DNA of 64,000 nucleotides from an uncultured Acidobacteriaceae bacterium (GCA_963749665.1 CAVVNO010000005.1:1447789-1511788), one strand, 5' to 3'. Shown: positions 1 to 9,429, counted from the first letter of the stretch. Numbers and translations are program-made. Notes: generated by a model not told the origin, from the sequence alone.

Positions 1-1
1 C

Positions 2-727
2 CGCACTCTCGTCGTTACGAATCGCGGTAGTGGCAGCGTCTCCGTCTTCGAGGTGCCTCCCTACAATCCAGTAGCGACGTCCGAACTGCCTCCACACCTG
101 CGCGCGGCCTTTCCGGGCTGTCCTGGAGCGACCGATGCGGTGATCCTGCCTGACTCCTCGAAGGCCTTTGTTGCCTGCTCTGCGGGCCATCAGGTGATGT
201 CTGTCGGCCTTGCGGCAGCGCCCGGTTCCTGGGAGGCGAAGCAGAATCCTGCGTTGATGACTGACCGCATGCTCACGCTGCTCGACGTGGGTAAAAAGCC
301 TGTGCATCTGGCGATGAAGCCGGATGGCGGCGAGATTTTTGTTTCGAACTCAGACTCTGACAGCATCTCAGAAATCGCTACCGGATCTAATGAAGTTGGA
401 GGCACTTACATCATTGGCAGCAGGCCTGTGCAGGGGATTGTGAGCCACGACAATGGCACGTTGTGGGTTGCGAACTTTGGGGCGGACTCGATTGCGCTGT
501 ACAGCATTGACGATGGCAGGCTGGCGTGGAGCGTTCATACGGGTTCAGCGCCTGATGCGCTGGCGTTCTCTGAGGATGAACACCTTTTGCTGGCTACGGA
601 CGCTCATTCCGGGGATGTTGCAGTGATCAGGACGCAGGGCACGCCGTTGCCGGCGCTCTTCACCATCCTTCCGGCAGGTGTTTCTCCGAATGCGATTGTC
701 GTGAAAGCGATTCAGAAAAAACCCTGA
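2..727 (+). CDS. YVTN-family beta-propeller repeat protein; 5' end lies outside the window
   Basis: The frame is open from base 2: RTLVVTNRGSGSVSVFEV precedes the GTG at 53 used by the ORF track. Repeated blade-like segments are present (KPVHLAMKPDGGEIFVSNSDSDSISEI, PVQGIVSHDNGTLWVANFGADSIALYSI, APDALAFSEDEHLLLATDAHSGDVAVI). Confidence 0.6.
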   Translation, partial: RTLVVTNRGSGSVSVFEVPPYNPVATSELPPHLRAAFPGCPGATDAVILPDSSKAFVACSAGHQVMSVGLAAAPGSWEAKQNPALMTDRMLTLLDVGKKPVHLAMKPDGGEIFVSNSDSDSISEIATGSNEVGGTYIIGSRPVQGIVSHDNGTLWVANFGADSIALYSIDDGRLAWSVHTGSAPDALAFSEDEHLLLATDAHSGDVAVIRTQGTPLPALFTILPAGVSPNAIVVKAIQKKP

Positions 728-942
728 TTTGTAGAAAAAAATCCGGCGGGGTGGTCGAGGGATTTTTTGTCGTTTTGCTGGGGTTTTTGAGGGGGGTTTT
801 GGGAAAAGTGGGTGTTTGGACGTGGTTTTTGGATGGTGAGAACGTGGTGAATTGCGTGGTAAACGTGGTGCGTTAACCGTCACAAAACGGCTCCGAAAAA
901 TTTGCCACTTTTTTCAACTTTATTTTTCCACAGGGAGCCGGT

Positions 943-3139
943 TCAGGTCTGGCGGGCGAGGACCAGAGTGATGTCGTCGGGTTGCTCTTCGGCGCCAATC
1001 CAGGCGTCGAGCGCCAGCATGACCTGGGTGGAGATGACGTGGAGGGGTTGGTCGCGGTAGCGGGCCACAACCTCCATCATGCGCTCTTCGCCGAACTCGC
1101 CGAAGTCGTTCTCGGGCTCGGTGACGCCGTCGGAGTAGGCGACGAGGATGTCGCCCGGCCGCATCTGGAAGCTGTCTTCGTCGTAGTGCATACCGTCCAT
1201 GAGGCCAACGACGGTTCCGCCCTGGTCGAGCCTGCGAATGTTGCCGTCCTGTCCGAGCACCAGCGGCGGCAGTTGTCCCGCGTTGGAGTAGGTCAGCTTC
1301 GCCGAGGCCGCGTCGTAGTGGGCCAGAAATAACGTCGCGTACTTTTCCGGCTGTGTGCTGCGGTAGAGGTGGCGGTTCAGCAGCGAGAGGATGCGGCCCG
1401 GCGACTGGAAGAGCTCATCGCGGTCTCCACCGAGGCCTTCGCGGCTGGCCAGCAGCCCATCCACGGTGGACTCGCTGTAGACGAGTTCCTCACTGGCGAA
1501 ACGATAGGCGCGCACGGCCGAGTGCAGAGTCGCCATCAGCAGCGCCGCAGAGATTCCCTTCCCGCTGATGTCGCCGATGGCGATGCCGACTCCGGTCTCC
1601 CTGCGGCTGGCCATTCCGTTGTGCGCCTCCTCGTGGAAGACGAGGAAGTCGTAGTAGTCACCGCTGACCGAACGAGCCGGACGGCAGATGCCGTGCAGAT
1701 CGAGCTTCGCGATACCGCGCGCGTGCAATGGAAAGAGATTCGCCTGGACCTCCTGCGCGATGGAGAGCTCATTCTGCAGACGCTCCTTTTCCTTCTGTTC
1801 TTCGAGCAGCCGCTGCAGCGATCCCGTCATGGTGTTGAACGATTTGCTGAGTTCGGCGAGCTGGTCGTTGCGTGTGACTCCGATGCGATAGCCGAGATCT
1901 CCGCTGTCGATGTGCTGGGTCGCGCGATAGAGGTCTGCGACCGATGCGGTGATGGTCCGGCTCAACCGGATCGCCATCCACAGGGCCAGCAGCTCGATCA
2001 GAGCAAAGACGAAGCAGAGTAAAGGCAACGTGATGCGCAGAACATCGGTGACGACTCCGCTGAGCGAGGAACCGAACAACTGGTTGTAGAGCCGCGAGGG
2101 CCGGGACTGAACGGTAAAGAAGACGCTGTCGGCCTGGCCGGTATCCCAGTCGGTGATGGGCTCAGTGGAGGGAAAGCGCACGGTCAGATCGGCTACGTTG
2201 ACTGCCGCCGTCTCTGTGCCTCCGGATATTTTTCCAGATGAGCCGAGCCCTTTGTCCTTTGCGGAGATCGGTTCGGCCACGATGGTGGCGTAGCCGAGGC
2301 CATCGGCGATCATGTCCATGAGCGCACTGTCGACGGCCAGGCTGGTGACGAGCGTAAAGACGCGCCCGTCATGCCAACGTTGCTGTTTGATGACGACAAG
2401 GTAGAGCTCTTTTCCGTCGAGAACCATTCCGGAAAAGTTTCCGCCGGGCAGCTCGGTGGCCCACGGGGGCAGACCTAAGGGCGTCTTTGCGCGGGCGCCG
2501 GAGGCAGTCGACATCCCTGGAGTCCAACGGAACCGGCGCTCCATTGAGGAAGGCCTGAGTTTCGCGGTGCAGTCTCATCCGGGGCAGATCCAGATTGCTC
2601 TGCCGTTCGACCTCTCCCAGCACGGGAGCGACTTCTTCTTTCGCCGCGCCTCTCGACATCTGTCTTTCCAACAGGGGCGAGAGAATCTCGGCACGGCGCT
2701 CGTTCTCCGCGATCATTTGGCTGCGCTCAGCCGCCAAGCGCGTGTCGGCGAGATGGATGGAGAACTGTCCGGCGGCGACGTAGGCGAAGATGCCCGCCAG
2801 CGTTACGAACAGGATCACAGGCGCGAGACCAATCAGAAGATAGGTCAACACCAGCTTGTTCCGGAGACTCCAGAGCATGTGCTTTCGCACCAATTGCCAG
2901 GCCAGCGGCAACGCGACGCACACCAGGGCGATGCCGACGAAGATTTGCATGATGCCGAGAAAGGTCCCGAACCCTCCCGGTACCCAACGCCCGCCGAGGA
3001 AGAGAGCGCAGAACCACACGGTGAGCCAGAAGGCTGCCCCGGCGAGTCCTGTGGGGAGCCGTCTCAAGAGGCCGGAGGGTGATGTAGCCCCACCGGGCAG
3101 CTGGGCTGGAGGCTGGGCTGGGCTACTCGGATTTTGCAT
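943..3139 (-). pseudogene. Membrane sensor phosphatase (multi-TM N-terminus + HAMP-like linker + PP2C/SpoIIE domain) split over two reading frames
   Basis: ORF 943..2544 has a TM helix (LPLLCFVFALIELLALWMAIRL) followed by a PP2C/SpoIIE domain (GDYYDF, GDISGKGISAALLMATLHSAV, AYSDGVTEPEN, DDITLVLAR). ORF 2369..3139, in the adjacent frame of the same strand, encodes 3-4 N-terminal TM helices. The two ORFs overlap by 176 nt, and sensible protein sequence switches frame around 2470..2545. Confidence 0.65.
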
Positions 3140-4088
3140 GGCTTGCCGCCTCCTCCGTCTCCGCCTGCCGCGCCAGTTTCAAGGTATAGCGTGTGGCTGA
3201 AAAATGCGCTCCGGCAAGCACCAGCAGACCGGAGAGATACGCCCACATCATCAACCCTACCGAAATATAGAACGGACCGTACACCGACTGAAAGTCGAGC
3301 CAGGGCAACGCCCTGATATAGAGAATCCTGGCCAGTTGCCACAACAGCCCGATGATGATCGCCGTGGGCAGGACTGCCCGCGCAGGAATTTTTCTATAGG
3401 GCAGGACCCAGTAGATCAGGAAAAAGAGGAGGATACTCGCGAGGGCAGCGCATAACCGCAAAAACCCATACGAGACGGCGTGAAAGACGAAGTTATCGGT
3501 GTGCTCGAAGAAGAGCCAGGACAGGATGGTTTGCTGGCTCGCCGTCGACGCCACGGCCAGCATGGCAAGAAAACCCACGGCGAGTGCGAGGCCGAGCGAG
3601 ACCGCCTGGTTGTGCAGATAGCTGCGATTCTGGCGGACGCCCCAGACGCGATTCAGAGCCACCTCCAGCGGCAGAAAGACTCCGGTGGAAGTGATGAGCA
3701 GCATGATCAGCGAAAAGACCTGCGTGCCTTTGTGCGGATGCGCGAGAAGTTCCATGTTGCGCATCACGAAGTCTTTGCCCACGGGCAGAAGACTCTTCAT
3801 CATGTCGCCGACGATCGTCTCCATCGAACGCGAATGGAAGATATTGCGGCAGACCGTGAGAAGCAGAACGATGAAGGGGAAGAGCGACAGGATCACATTG
3901 GCTGCAACGCTGAACGCGTAGGTATGGACGTCGGTCTGGGCCATGTAGCGTGCAAGGGCGACGATCTCCGCACCGACACCGCGCTGCGGGACGACGGGCG
4001 TAAGCTCCTGAATGGGCTTGGGCGGCAGCTTCGACTCGGGCGTTGCGGTCTGATCGGGAGCGATAGAAGACATAGGGGGAATCGGCAC
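3123..4088 (-). CDS. YihY/BrkB (virulence factor BrkB / RNase BN-like) family membrane protein
   Basis: 321-aa ORF with multiple TM helices and the family-typical C-terminal stretch YGPFYISVGLMMWAYLSGLLVLAGAHFSA. The N-terminal part reads VHTYAFSVAANVILSLFPFIVLLL. Confidence 0.65.
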   Translation of the reverse strand: MPIPPMSSIAPDQTATPESKLPPKPIQELTPVVPQRGVGAEIVALARYMAQTDVHTYAFSVAANVILSLFPFIVLLLTVCRNIFHSRSMETIVGDMMKSLLPVGKDFVMRNMELLAHPHKGTQVFSLIMLLITSTGVFLPLEVALNRVWGVRQNRSYLHNQAVSLGLALAVGFLAMLAVASTASQQTILSWLFFEHTDNFVFHAVSYGFLRLCAALASILLFFLIYWVLPYRKIPARAVLPTAIIIGLLWQLARILYIRALPWLDFQSVYGPFYISVGLMMWAYLSGLLVLAGAHFSATRYTLKLARQAETEEAASHAKSE

Positions 4089-4314
4089 GGCGCTACAACG
4101 CCGCCGTACCTTACCTCCGATGCTAGCAGAGCGACCGGTGGCTTCCGGCTGAGGCCGAAGTAGAGTAGCTGGTCAGGCCAATCTCGGCCTGATTGCGTCT
4201 AGCGGCCGGGCTGTAGATTCTGTAGTGGGTCAGGTTCCGAAATGCCGTTTTCCGGGGTCCGTCAAGCGCCAGAAGGATTCAATCGCCGCGCCTGTACCAC
4301 ACGCTTGGCTAACT

Positions 4315-5013
4315 TTACGAAGGTGGTCTCGGAGTCTCGCGTCCGCCCCAGTGTTCGGAATGGAATCCTGGATGACTCTTGACCCCGCCGCTTGGCGGCG
4401 TTGGTGTGGGTGATGCGAGACGCAGCATGTCGCCCATATACGAAACGACAAGATAGGGTATGCATAGAAGTGTCAATGAGTCGAAGAATACCTCCGTCGC
4501 CTTGTGGTGGGCGATCTTCGAGATGTGGAAGACAACATAGGACACAATGATCTCGATGAACACAAAACTCCAAAGAAGCCACTTCGCGTTTCGATTCAGG
4601 TCGCGAGAGTCTGCCCAGACGCGGGCCGATTCGATTTCCGAGTCGGTCCATTTGATTCTGGTCAATCCGTCAGATAACCACCTGTACGTCAGCATGATGA
4701 GTATGATGCCAATCAGGAACGGGGCCCAGAGAAGCAGAATAGACGCAGCCGTGGCGAAGAGGCCAGGATGAGGGCCAAAATAGTGGGCATGCAGCCTGAT
4801 TATCCCCTCACGGAGCGCGACCCATAGAAACTGCGAAGCGATCAAGAGGGAACCGGCACGCGCAACTTGTACAAGCCTGAGCGGGGGCCATTGTTCTAGG
4901 CTGTTCTCTTCGTTCCTGAGAAGATTCGGCATTTTCAACGTCAGTATATATATAGCGCGCTGTGCGCCTCGCCTACTACGCCGATGAGGTATGAGATCCG
5001 ATGGACTAAACAC
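4315..5013 (-). CDS. Hypothetical membrane protein (start uncertain: GTG 5013 or ATG 4932)
   Basis: 232-aa ORF with several hydrophobic helices (LLIASQFLWVAL, ILLLWAPFLIGIILIMLTY, WLLWSFVFIEIIVSYVVF). I recognised no family motif. Codons are visibly richer in A/T-ending forms than in the neighbouring genes. Confidence 0.4.
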   Translation of the reverse strand: MFSPSDLIPHRRSRRGAQRAIYILTLKMPNLLRNEENSLEQWPPLRLVQVARAGSLLIASQFLWVALREGIIRLHAHYFGPHPGLFATAASILLLWAPFLIGIILIMLTYRWLSDGLTRIKWTDSEIESARVWADSRDLNRNAKWLLWSFVFIEIIVSYVVFHISKIAHHKATEVFFDSLTLLCIPYLVVSYMGDMLRLASPTPTPPSGGVKSHPGFHSEHWGGRETPRPPS

Positions 5014-5108
5014 CTCTATTATCCAGTCGCACGATCTTCTTAAGTGACAAGGTTCCGAGCTGCCCTTTAGGTCGACCGGTTGAGCCCGCCCGCATTATCG
5101 GAAATTGA

Positions 5109-6314
5109 TCAACTACCGTTTATTCGCCTGAGCGCCCAATCCGCGGCTTCGGCGAGAACCGGGTCGTCGGAAGCAGCCCAGGTTTCCAGTTGCGTGGCGA
5201 ATTGCGGCTGACCGCTGTTGCCCATGGCGATGGCGACGTTGCGGTGCAGGCGTTTGCGGCGGGTCCGCTCGACTGGAGAGCCCTTGAACCATCGCTTGAA
5301 CTCTGCCGCATCCATCCCGGCGAGCCAGTCCAGCGCAGGGTTGACCATCTGCGGGCGCGCGAGCATGCCGTCGACGGGCGAGATGGGAGCGCCGCCGTTC
5401 GAAGCTTTGCGAGTCTGAACTTTGCGATTCCAGGGACAGACGTCCTGGCAGATATCGCAGCCGAAGACCTGACGGCCCATCGGTTCGCGCAGCTCCTCGG
5501 CGATAGAGCCCTTCTTCTCGATGGTCAGGTAAGCGATGCAGCGGGAGGCGTCCATCTGATGCGGAGCAACCAGCGCGTCGGTGGGACAGGCGTCGATGCA
5601 GCGCGTGCAGCTTCCGCAGCGGTCGGCGGCGATGGGAAGCTCCAACCCAGCGGCGACAGGAAGTGACGTGACGATGACGCCGAGCAGAAGCCACGATCCC
5701 AGTTCCTGATTAATGACGCAGGTGTTTTTTCCGATCCAGCCAACTCCGGCTTTTGCTGCGGCGGCACGCTCGACCAGAGGACCGGTGTCGACGTAGCAGC
5801 GCGTCTCGCAGGGGAAGCGCTGGTGGAGTTCGGCTTCGAGTTGGCGGAGGCGGTTGAGGAGCTGGTCGTGGTAGTCGGTGGGGATGAGTTCGTTCGGGTC
5901 TCTGTCTGCGGCGGTATCTTTTTCTGCCGTGTGGCCGCTCCATGCATAGCGGGCGATCCAGCCGGTGTTGGGTGGTGCGCTGTCGATGGAAAGCGGCGCG
6001 GAGACGTTGTAGTTCAGGCCGCAGACGATGACGGAGCGTGCCCACGGCATCGCCACCTGCACGCCGCTGCGCAGAAGTACGCCCTGGTCGTCGCGGCGCT
6101 TGAGATACTCCATCTCGCCTGCTCGGCCGGCGGCGACCCACGCGGCAAAACGTTCGGCATCGAGCTGTGCTGCGTCGTTGCCGGAGTCTGCTGCATCAAC
6201 CGGGGCGACGCCTGCGGTGTCGAAGCCGGCCTCGGCGGCCCGCTCGCGCAGCCACTGCTGAAGCTCGAGAGTCCATTGGCCAGTCGCTAAAATCGCTTCA
6301 CCCCATGGCCCCAA
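5109..6314 (-). CDS. queG: tRNA epoxyqueuosine(34) reductase
   Basis: 401-aa ORF with two 4Fe-4S motifs (CGSCTRCIDACP, CDICQDVCPWN), the CIAYLTIEKKG stretch and C-terminal HEAT-like repeats typical of QueG. Confidence 0.85.
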   Translation of the reverse strand: MGPWGEAILATGQWTLELQQWLRERAAEAGFDTAGVAPVDAADSGNDAAQLDAERFAAWVAAGRAGEMEYLKRRDDQGVLLRSGVQVAMPWARSVIVCGLNYNVSAPLSIDSAPPNTGWIARYAWSGHTAEKDTAADRDPNELIPTDYHDQLLNRLRQLEAELHQRFPCETRCYVDTGPLVERAAAAKAGVGWIGKNTCVINQELGSWLLLGVIVTSLPVAAGLELPIAADRCGSCTRCIDACPTDALVAPHQMDASRCIAYLTIEKKGSIAEELREPMGRQVFGCDICQDVCPWNRKVQTRKASNGGAPISPVDGMLARPQMVNPALDWLAGMDAAEFKRWFKGSPVERTRRKRLHRNVAIAMGNSGQPQFATQLETWAASDDPVLAEAADWALRRINGS

Positions 6315-6459
6315 AACCTGTCGAAGGTGTCGGAGCGTCTCATATCATCAGGATAAATCTACGAGCGTCATTGAGGGTTCGAACGCCGCAAGTCAGGTGG
6401 AAAGGCCTCCCAACCGGCGGCCTTTGTCGTGTAATGATGTGTGTTCAAGGAGGGTACCT

Positions 6460-6648
6460 ATGGCGAAAGAGAAATGGACACCAGATTCAGTTCCACGGGT
6501 TCTCATGAACCCCGCCTACGTTCTAACGGACCCGTCGGTAGTGCCGGAGGAGAAGTGGGTCGAGGCCAACGTCAAGTTGATTGGTCACATGGGGGCGTAT
6601 ACCTACCTGTTAACGCTGCTGGATGTCCTACGGCACAACCAAATGTAA
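6460..6648 (+). CDS. Small hypothetical protein (62 aa)
   Basis: The ATG at 6460 is preceded by AAGGAGGG at 6448..6455 and followed by a strong hairpin terminator. The sequence is MAKEKWTPDSVPRVLMNPAYVLTDPSVVPEEKWVEANVKLIGHMGAYTYLLTLLDVLRHNQM. No family recognised. Confidence 0.45.
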   Translation: MAKEKWTPDSVPRVLMNPAYVLTDPSVVPEEKWVEANVKLIGHMGAYTYLLTLLDVLRHNQM

Positions 6649-6671
6649 GGGCAATACCCACCTCAAGAGAG

Positions 6672-6700
6672 AAGGCCTCCCAACCCGGGAGGCCTTTTCT
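6672..6700. terminator. Hairpin terminator, probably bidirectional
   Basis: AAGGCCTCCC (6672..6681) pairs with GGGAGGCCTT (6687..6696), giving a 10-bp stem and a 5-nt loop, followed by TTCT. It lies between the small + strand ORF and the - strand STAS remnant. Confidence 0.6.
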
Positions 6701-6721
6701 CTGAACTTCTTACATCTGGCA

Positions 6722-6967
6722 CTACGATATACGATCCTCCAAGTCTATCCACTCGACTGGATGGATAGTGCGGTAGGCGCTCACCGCTTCTCCGAGAGTC
6801 GCGAAGAAGGTATGTTCGCCGAAGCGCTTGAAGAGCCCGAAGCGTTTCAGCTTGTCCATGACGGGATCCTTCATCTCAGCAAAACACAATTCGATGCCGG
6901 CGGCGTGCAGTGTCTCGTCGAGCTCGCAGACTGAATCGGCTGCAGTGATGTCGACGCTGGTGACCGC
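6722..6967 (-). pseudogene. Remnant of a SulP-family anion transporter: C-terminal STAS domain only
   Basis: An 81-codon open stretch with no start codon, bounded upstream by an in-frame TAA (6968..6970). It translates to AVTSVDITAADSVCELDETLHAAGIELCFAEMKDPVMDKLKRFGLFKRFGEHTFFATLGEAVSAYRTIHPVEWIDLEDRIS, which matches the conserved end of SulP STAS domains (VDxTAAxxLxELxxxLxxxGIELxFAExKxPVxDxLxRxGL). No transmembrane part is present. Confidence 0.6.
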
Positions 6968-6990
6968 TTAGGTGATGCGGTCTTCTTCCT

Positions 6991-7626
6991 TCATTGAGGG
7001 TCTCCGGTATGGGATGCGCGGCTCCGCCAGATTGGATACTGCAGTCCGGCGAGTCTGTTGATGACGAATGCCTGTACTGCCAGCAGGACGACTGCGATTT
7101 CAATGATCACGAGATATTCAGGTTTCGCGAGGATGCCAAGGGAAACGATCATCGTAGTCGCGCCGGCCGGCGGATGATTGACGCGCAGCAGGACCAGGAC
7201 GGCCCCGGTCAGTGCGAGGGCGAGCGCGGATGCCAGAATACGTGGCCAGTAGACCTCTCCAGCGAACCCTTCCGGGAATGGATGCATCCCGGTGATCCGA
7301 TAGGCAGCAAAGCCGCACAGGAGCCCAATCGCATGTCCGAGCACGGCATTCCGAGGGGAAGCGGATTCCGCCAGCGGCGTGAAGAAGAAGAGGTAGGCAG
7401 TTGGCCCCAGGGACGGAAAGACAAATGGATTCCGAGTCAGCAATGCCAGTAGTGTCAGCAGCGCAATCGTGACAAAGCTATTGAGGGCCACGTACGCTGC
7501 CCAGACAAATGTTGGCGGCAGATGGGCAAGCAGCCAACTGAGTCGAAGCCGTTCCATGAGCCGGAACACATGTTCTGCCCGATGATTCGGCGTAGGATTC
7601 GAGGGATCAGGATTCGGCTTCGCCAC
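6991..7626 (-). CDS. HPP family membrane protein
   Basis: 211-aa ORF with 4-5 TM helices and the name-giving motif in RVNHPPAGATTMIVSLG. It lies 2 nt downstream of the molybdoenzyme gene, so the two are a likely operon. Confidence 0.7.
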   Translation of the reverse strand: MAKPNPDPSNPTPNHRAEHVFRLMERLRLSWLLAHLPPTFVWAAYVALNSFVTIALLTLLALLTRNPFVFPSLGPTAYLFFFTPLAESASPRNAVLGHAIGLLCGFAAYRITGMHPFPEGFAGEVYWPRILASALALALTGAVLVLLRVNHPPAGATTMIVSLGILAKPEYLVIIEIAVVLLAVQAFVINRLAGLQYPIWRSRASHTGDPQ

Positions 7627-7628
7627 TT

Positions 7629-9296
7629 CTAGATGTTTGGGAGCAAATCGAAGTACTCATGGTCTTCATTGATCCCGCCTTCCCCTTCGCCTAAGACTTT
7701 CTCCGAGGCGACGAATTCAATGCGCTCGATCCACTTCACCATCTTGTAGCCGAGTTGGTTCTCTACCCGCAATCGCAGTGGTGCGCCATACTCCGCGGGG
7801 AGCGGGGAGCCGTTCATGGAGAGAGCCAGAAGGCACCCAGGTTTGAGCACATTGAAGATGGTCTGGGTGTCGTAGTAAAGATCCCCATAGAGTGAGCCGC
7901 CGAAAGAATAGAACGCGACCACCCTGGCGGAAGGAAACGGTTTGACGTAGTCGATGAGCTTGCGCATGGATACGCCACCCCATTGTGCAATGCCGGACCA
8001 GCCCTGGATGCAGTGATGCATGGTGATGTTCTCTTCCTGCCCGAGAGCGCGGAGATCGTCCAGCGATAGCTCTACCGGATTTTCGACCAGACCGGTGACC
8101 TTGAGCCTGTAACTTTTGAAGTTCTCCGCCACCAACTGCTTCCAATCCTCGCGCACGGGGATTTTGCCGTTGGGCCAGAAATGCGGCGAGAGGTCCTTCG
8201 TCGTGTAGTGCTCATGGGGAATCAGTTTGTCCAGCGTAAGCAGCATGACCGGATGAGTGACGGCCTTCTGTGCGTGCTGAAGCCCGCGTGGAAAGTACCA
8301 GGAGACATAGTGGGCGACGACCCACGACAGCAGCACGACGGCAATTCCGATGAACCCCAGAATCACGCCGGTTGGGCGAAGATCGTCTGTCCCAAGGACG
8401 ATGTGGTTCATATTCCGCTGAAACCCTGTCAGTGCGATAAGAGTGACATGGACCACAATAAAACCTAAGAATCCGACGAGGACAAGAAAGTGGATTGAGC
8501 GTGCTCCCTGTCTGCCGCCGAAGATCCTGGTATAGGAGGGGAAGTGGTTCACGAGTGCAGGCGACATCGCCATTCCGGTGAGAATCGCCAGTGGAGACAT
8601 GACGAACACCGTGGCGAAGTAGGCGAGTTGCTGCAGGGCGTTATAGCCGTAAAAGCCGTTCGGCTCAGGCGGAAAGTGGAAGTTGGCATAGAGAACAAAA
8701 GTGTTCCATGCCTGCACGAAGACCCCAGCAGAGGTGGGTACCAGGCGTTCCCACTGTGTGCTGGTTAGAAGGCCGATGACGAAGAAGATCCCGGTGAGCA
8801 CAAAGCCGTACACCGTGATGAAGTGCCACGAACGCGCAATCCCCACCGTATGGCGGTAGCCCGGCGTCGAAACCATCGGCGAGAGATAGCGGGCGTCATC
8901 CTTCGCGGTCCACATGCGGTCTTTCGGCACCTGCAGGGGCGTGAACCGGATCCACTCCGTTCCCGGAGTGCAATGGTCATTCCAGTAAAGTCGCGGATGA
9001 TCCATCAGGATAGAGAGGCCGCTGCGAATGAGCATGAAAAGGAAGAATAGATTCGAAAAGTGGCTCCAGCGAACCCAGAAGGGAAAGCCATGAGGCCCGC
9101 TCGGAGTGCCTTCTGCAGAAGCCGCGGAAGGTTCAAGATGAGGGAGTCCGAAGATCGCATGTTGTAACCACGCAAGCAAGAACGGTCCAAGCACAACCGC
9201 GAATGCGATCAAGAGGGCTCGCGAACTCAGCCATATGCGAAAGCGGCGATCCTCTGGATAGTGAACGGCCTGATGTGCGGCGTCGAAAGGAATCAT
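7629..9296 (-). CDS. Fusion of a membrane b-type cytochrome-like domain and a molybdopterin-dependent (SUOX/YedY-fold) oxidoreductase domain
   Basis: 555-aa ORF. The N-terminal ~340 aa has multiple TM helices with conserved His residues. The C-terminal domain carries LKVTGLVENPVELSLDDLRAL, HHCIQGWSGIAQWGGV (the Cys-x-x-G-W-S molybdenum ligand region seen in YedY/MsrP-like enzymes) and GAPLRLRVENQLGYKMVKWIERIEF. Confidence 0.65.
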   Translation of the reverse strand: MIPFDAAHQAVHYPEDRRFRIWLSSRALLIAFAVVLGPFLLAWLQHAIFGLPHLEPSAASAEGTPSGPHGFPFWVRWSHFSNLFFLFMLIRSGLSILMDHPRLYWNDHCTPGTEWIRFTPLQVPKDRMWTAKDDARYLSPMVSTPGYRHTVGIARSWHFITVYGFVLTGIFFVIGLLTSTQWERLVPTSAGVFVQAWNTFVLYANFHFPPEPNGFYGYNALQQLAYFATVFVMSPLAILTGMAMSPALVNHFPSYTRIFGGRQGARSIHFLVLVGFLGFIVVHVTLIALTGFQRNMNHIVLGTDDLRPTGVILGFIGIAVVLLSWVVAHYVSWYFPRGLQHAQKAVTHPVMLLTLDKLIPHEHYTTKDLSPHFWPNGKIPVREDWKQLVAENFKSYRLKVTGLVENPVELSLDDLRALGQEENITMHHCIQGWSGIAQWGGVSMRKLIDYVKPFPSARVVAFYSFGGSLYGDLYYDTQTIFNVLKPGCLLALSMNGSPLPAEYGAPLRLRVENQLGYKMVKWIERIEFVASEKVLGEGEGGINEDHEYFDLLPNI

Positions 9297-9429
9297 GGTC
9301 TACCTCATGCAACGGGTGTTTCAGATCTTGCGCGCTGCGTTCCAACAAAACATGTATTCTATATACACCTTACCAGAATTTAAGATCGTAACACGACATG
9401 TCAAACGCTTCAAAAGGTGAACAAAGAAC

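Noticed and set aside
735-772. An A-tract/T-tract hairpin (AAAAAATCC...GGATTTTTT) as a bidirectional intrinsic terminator after the first gene
   Set aside because: The stem would be almost entirely A-T, with a 15-nt loop and no G-C core. That is too weak to call a terminator. I kept it only as part of the odd spacer finding.
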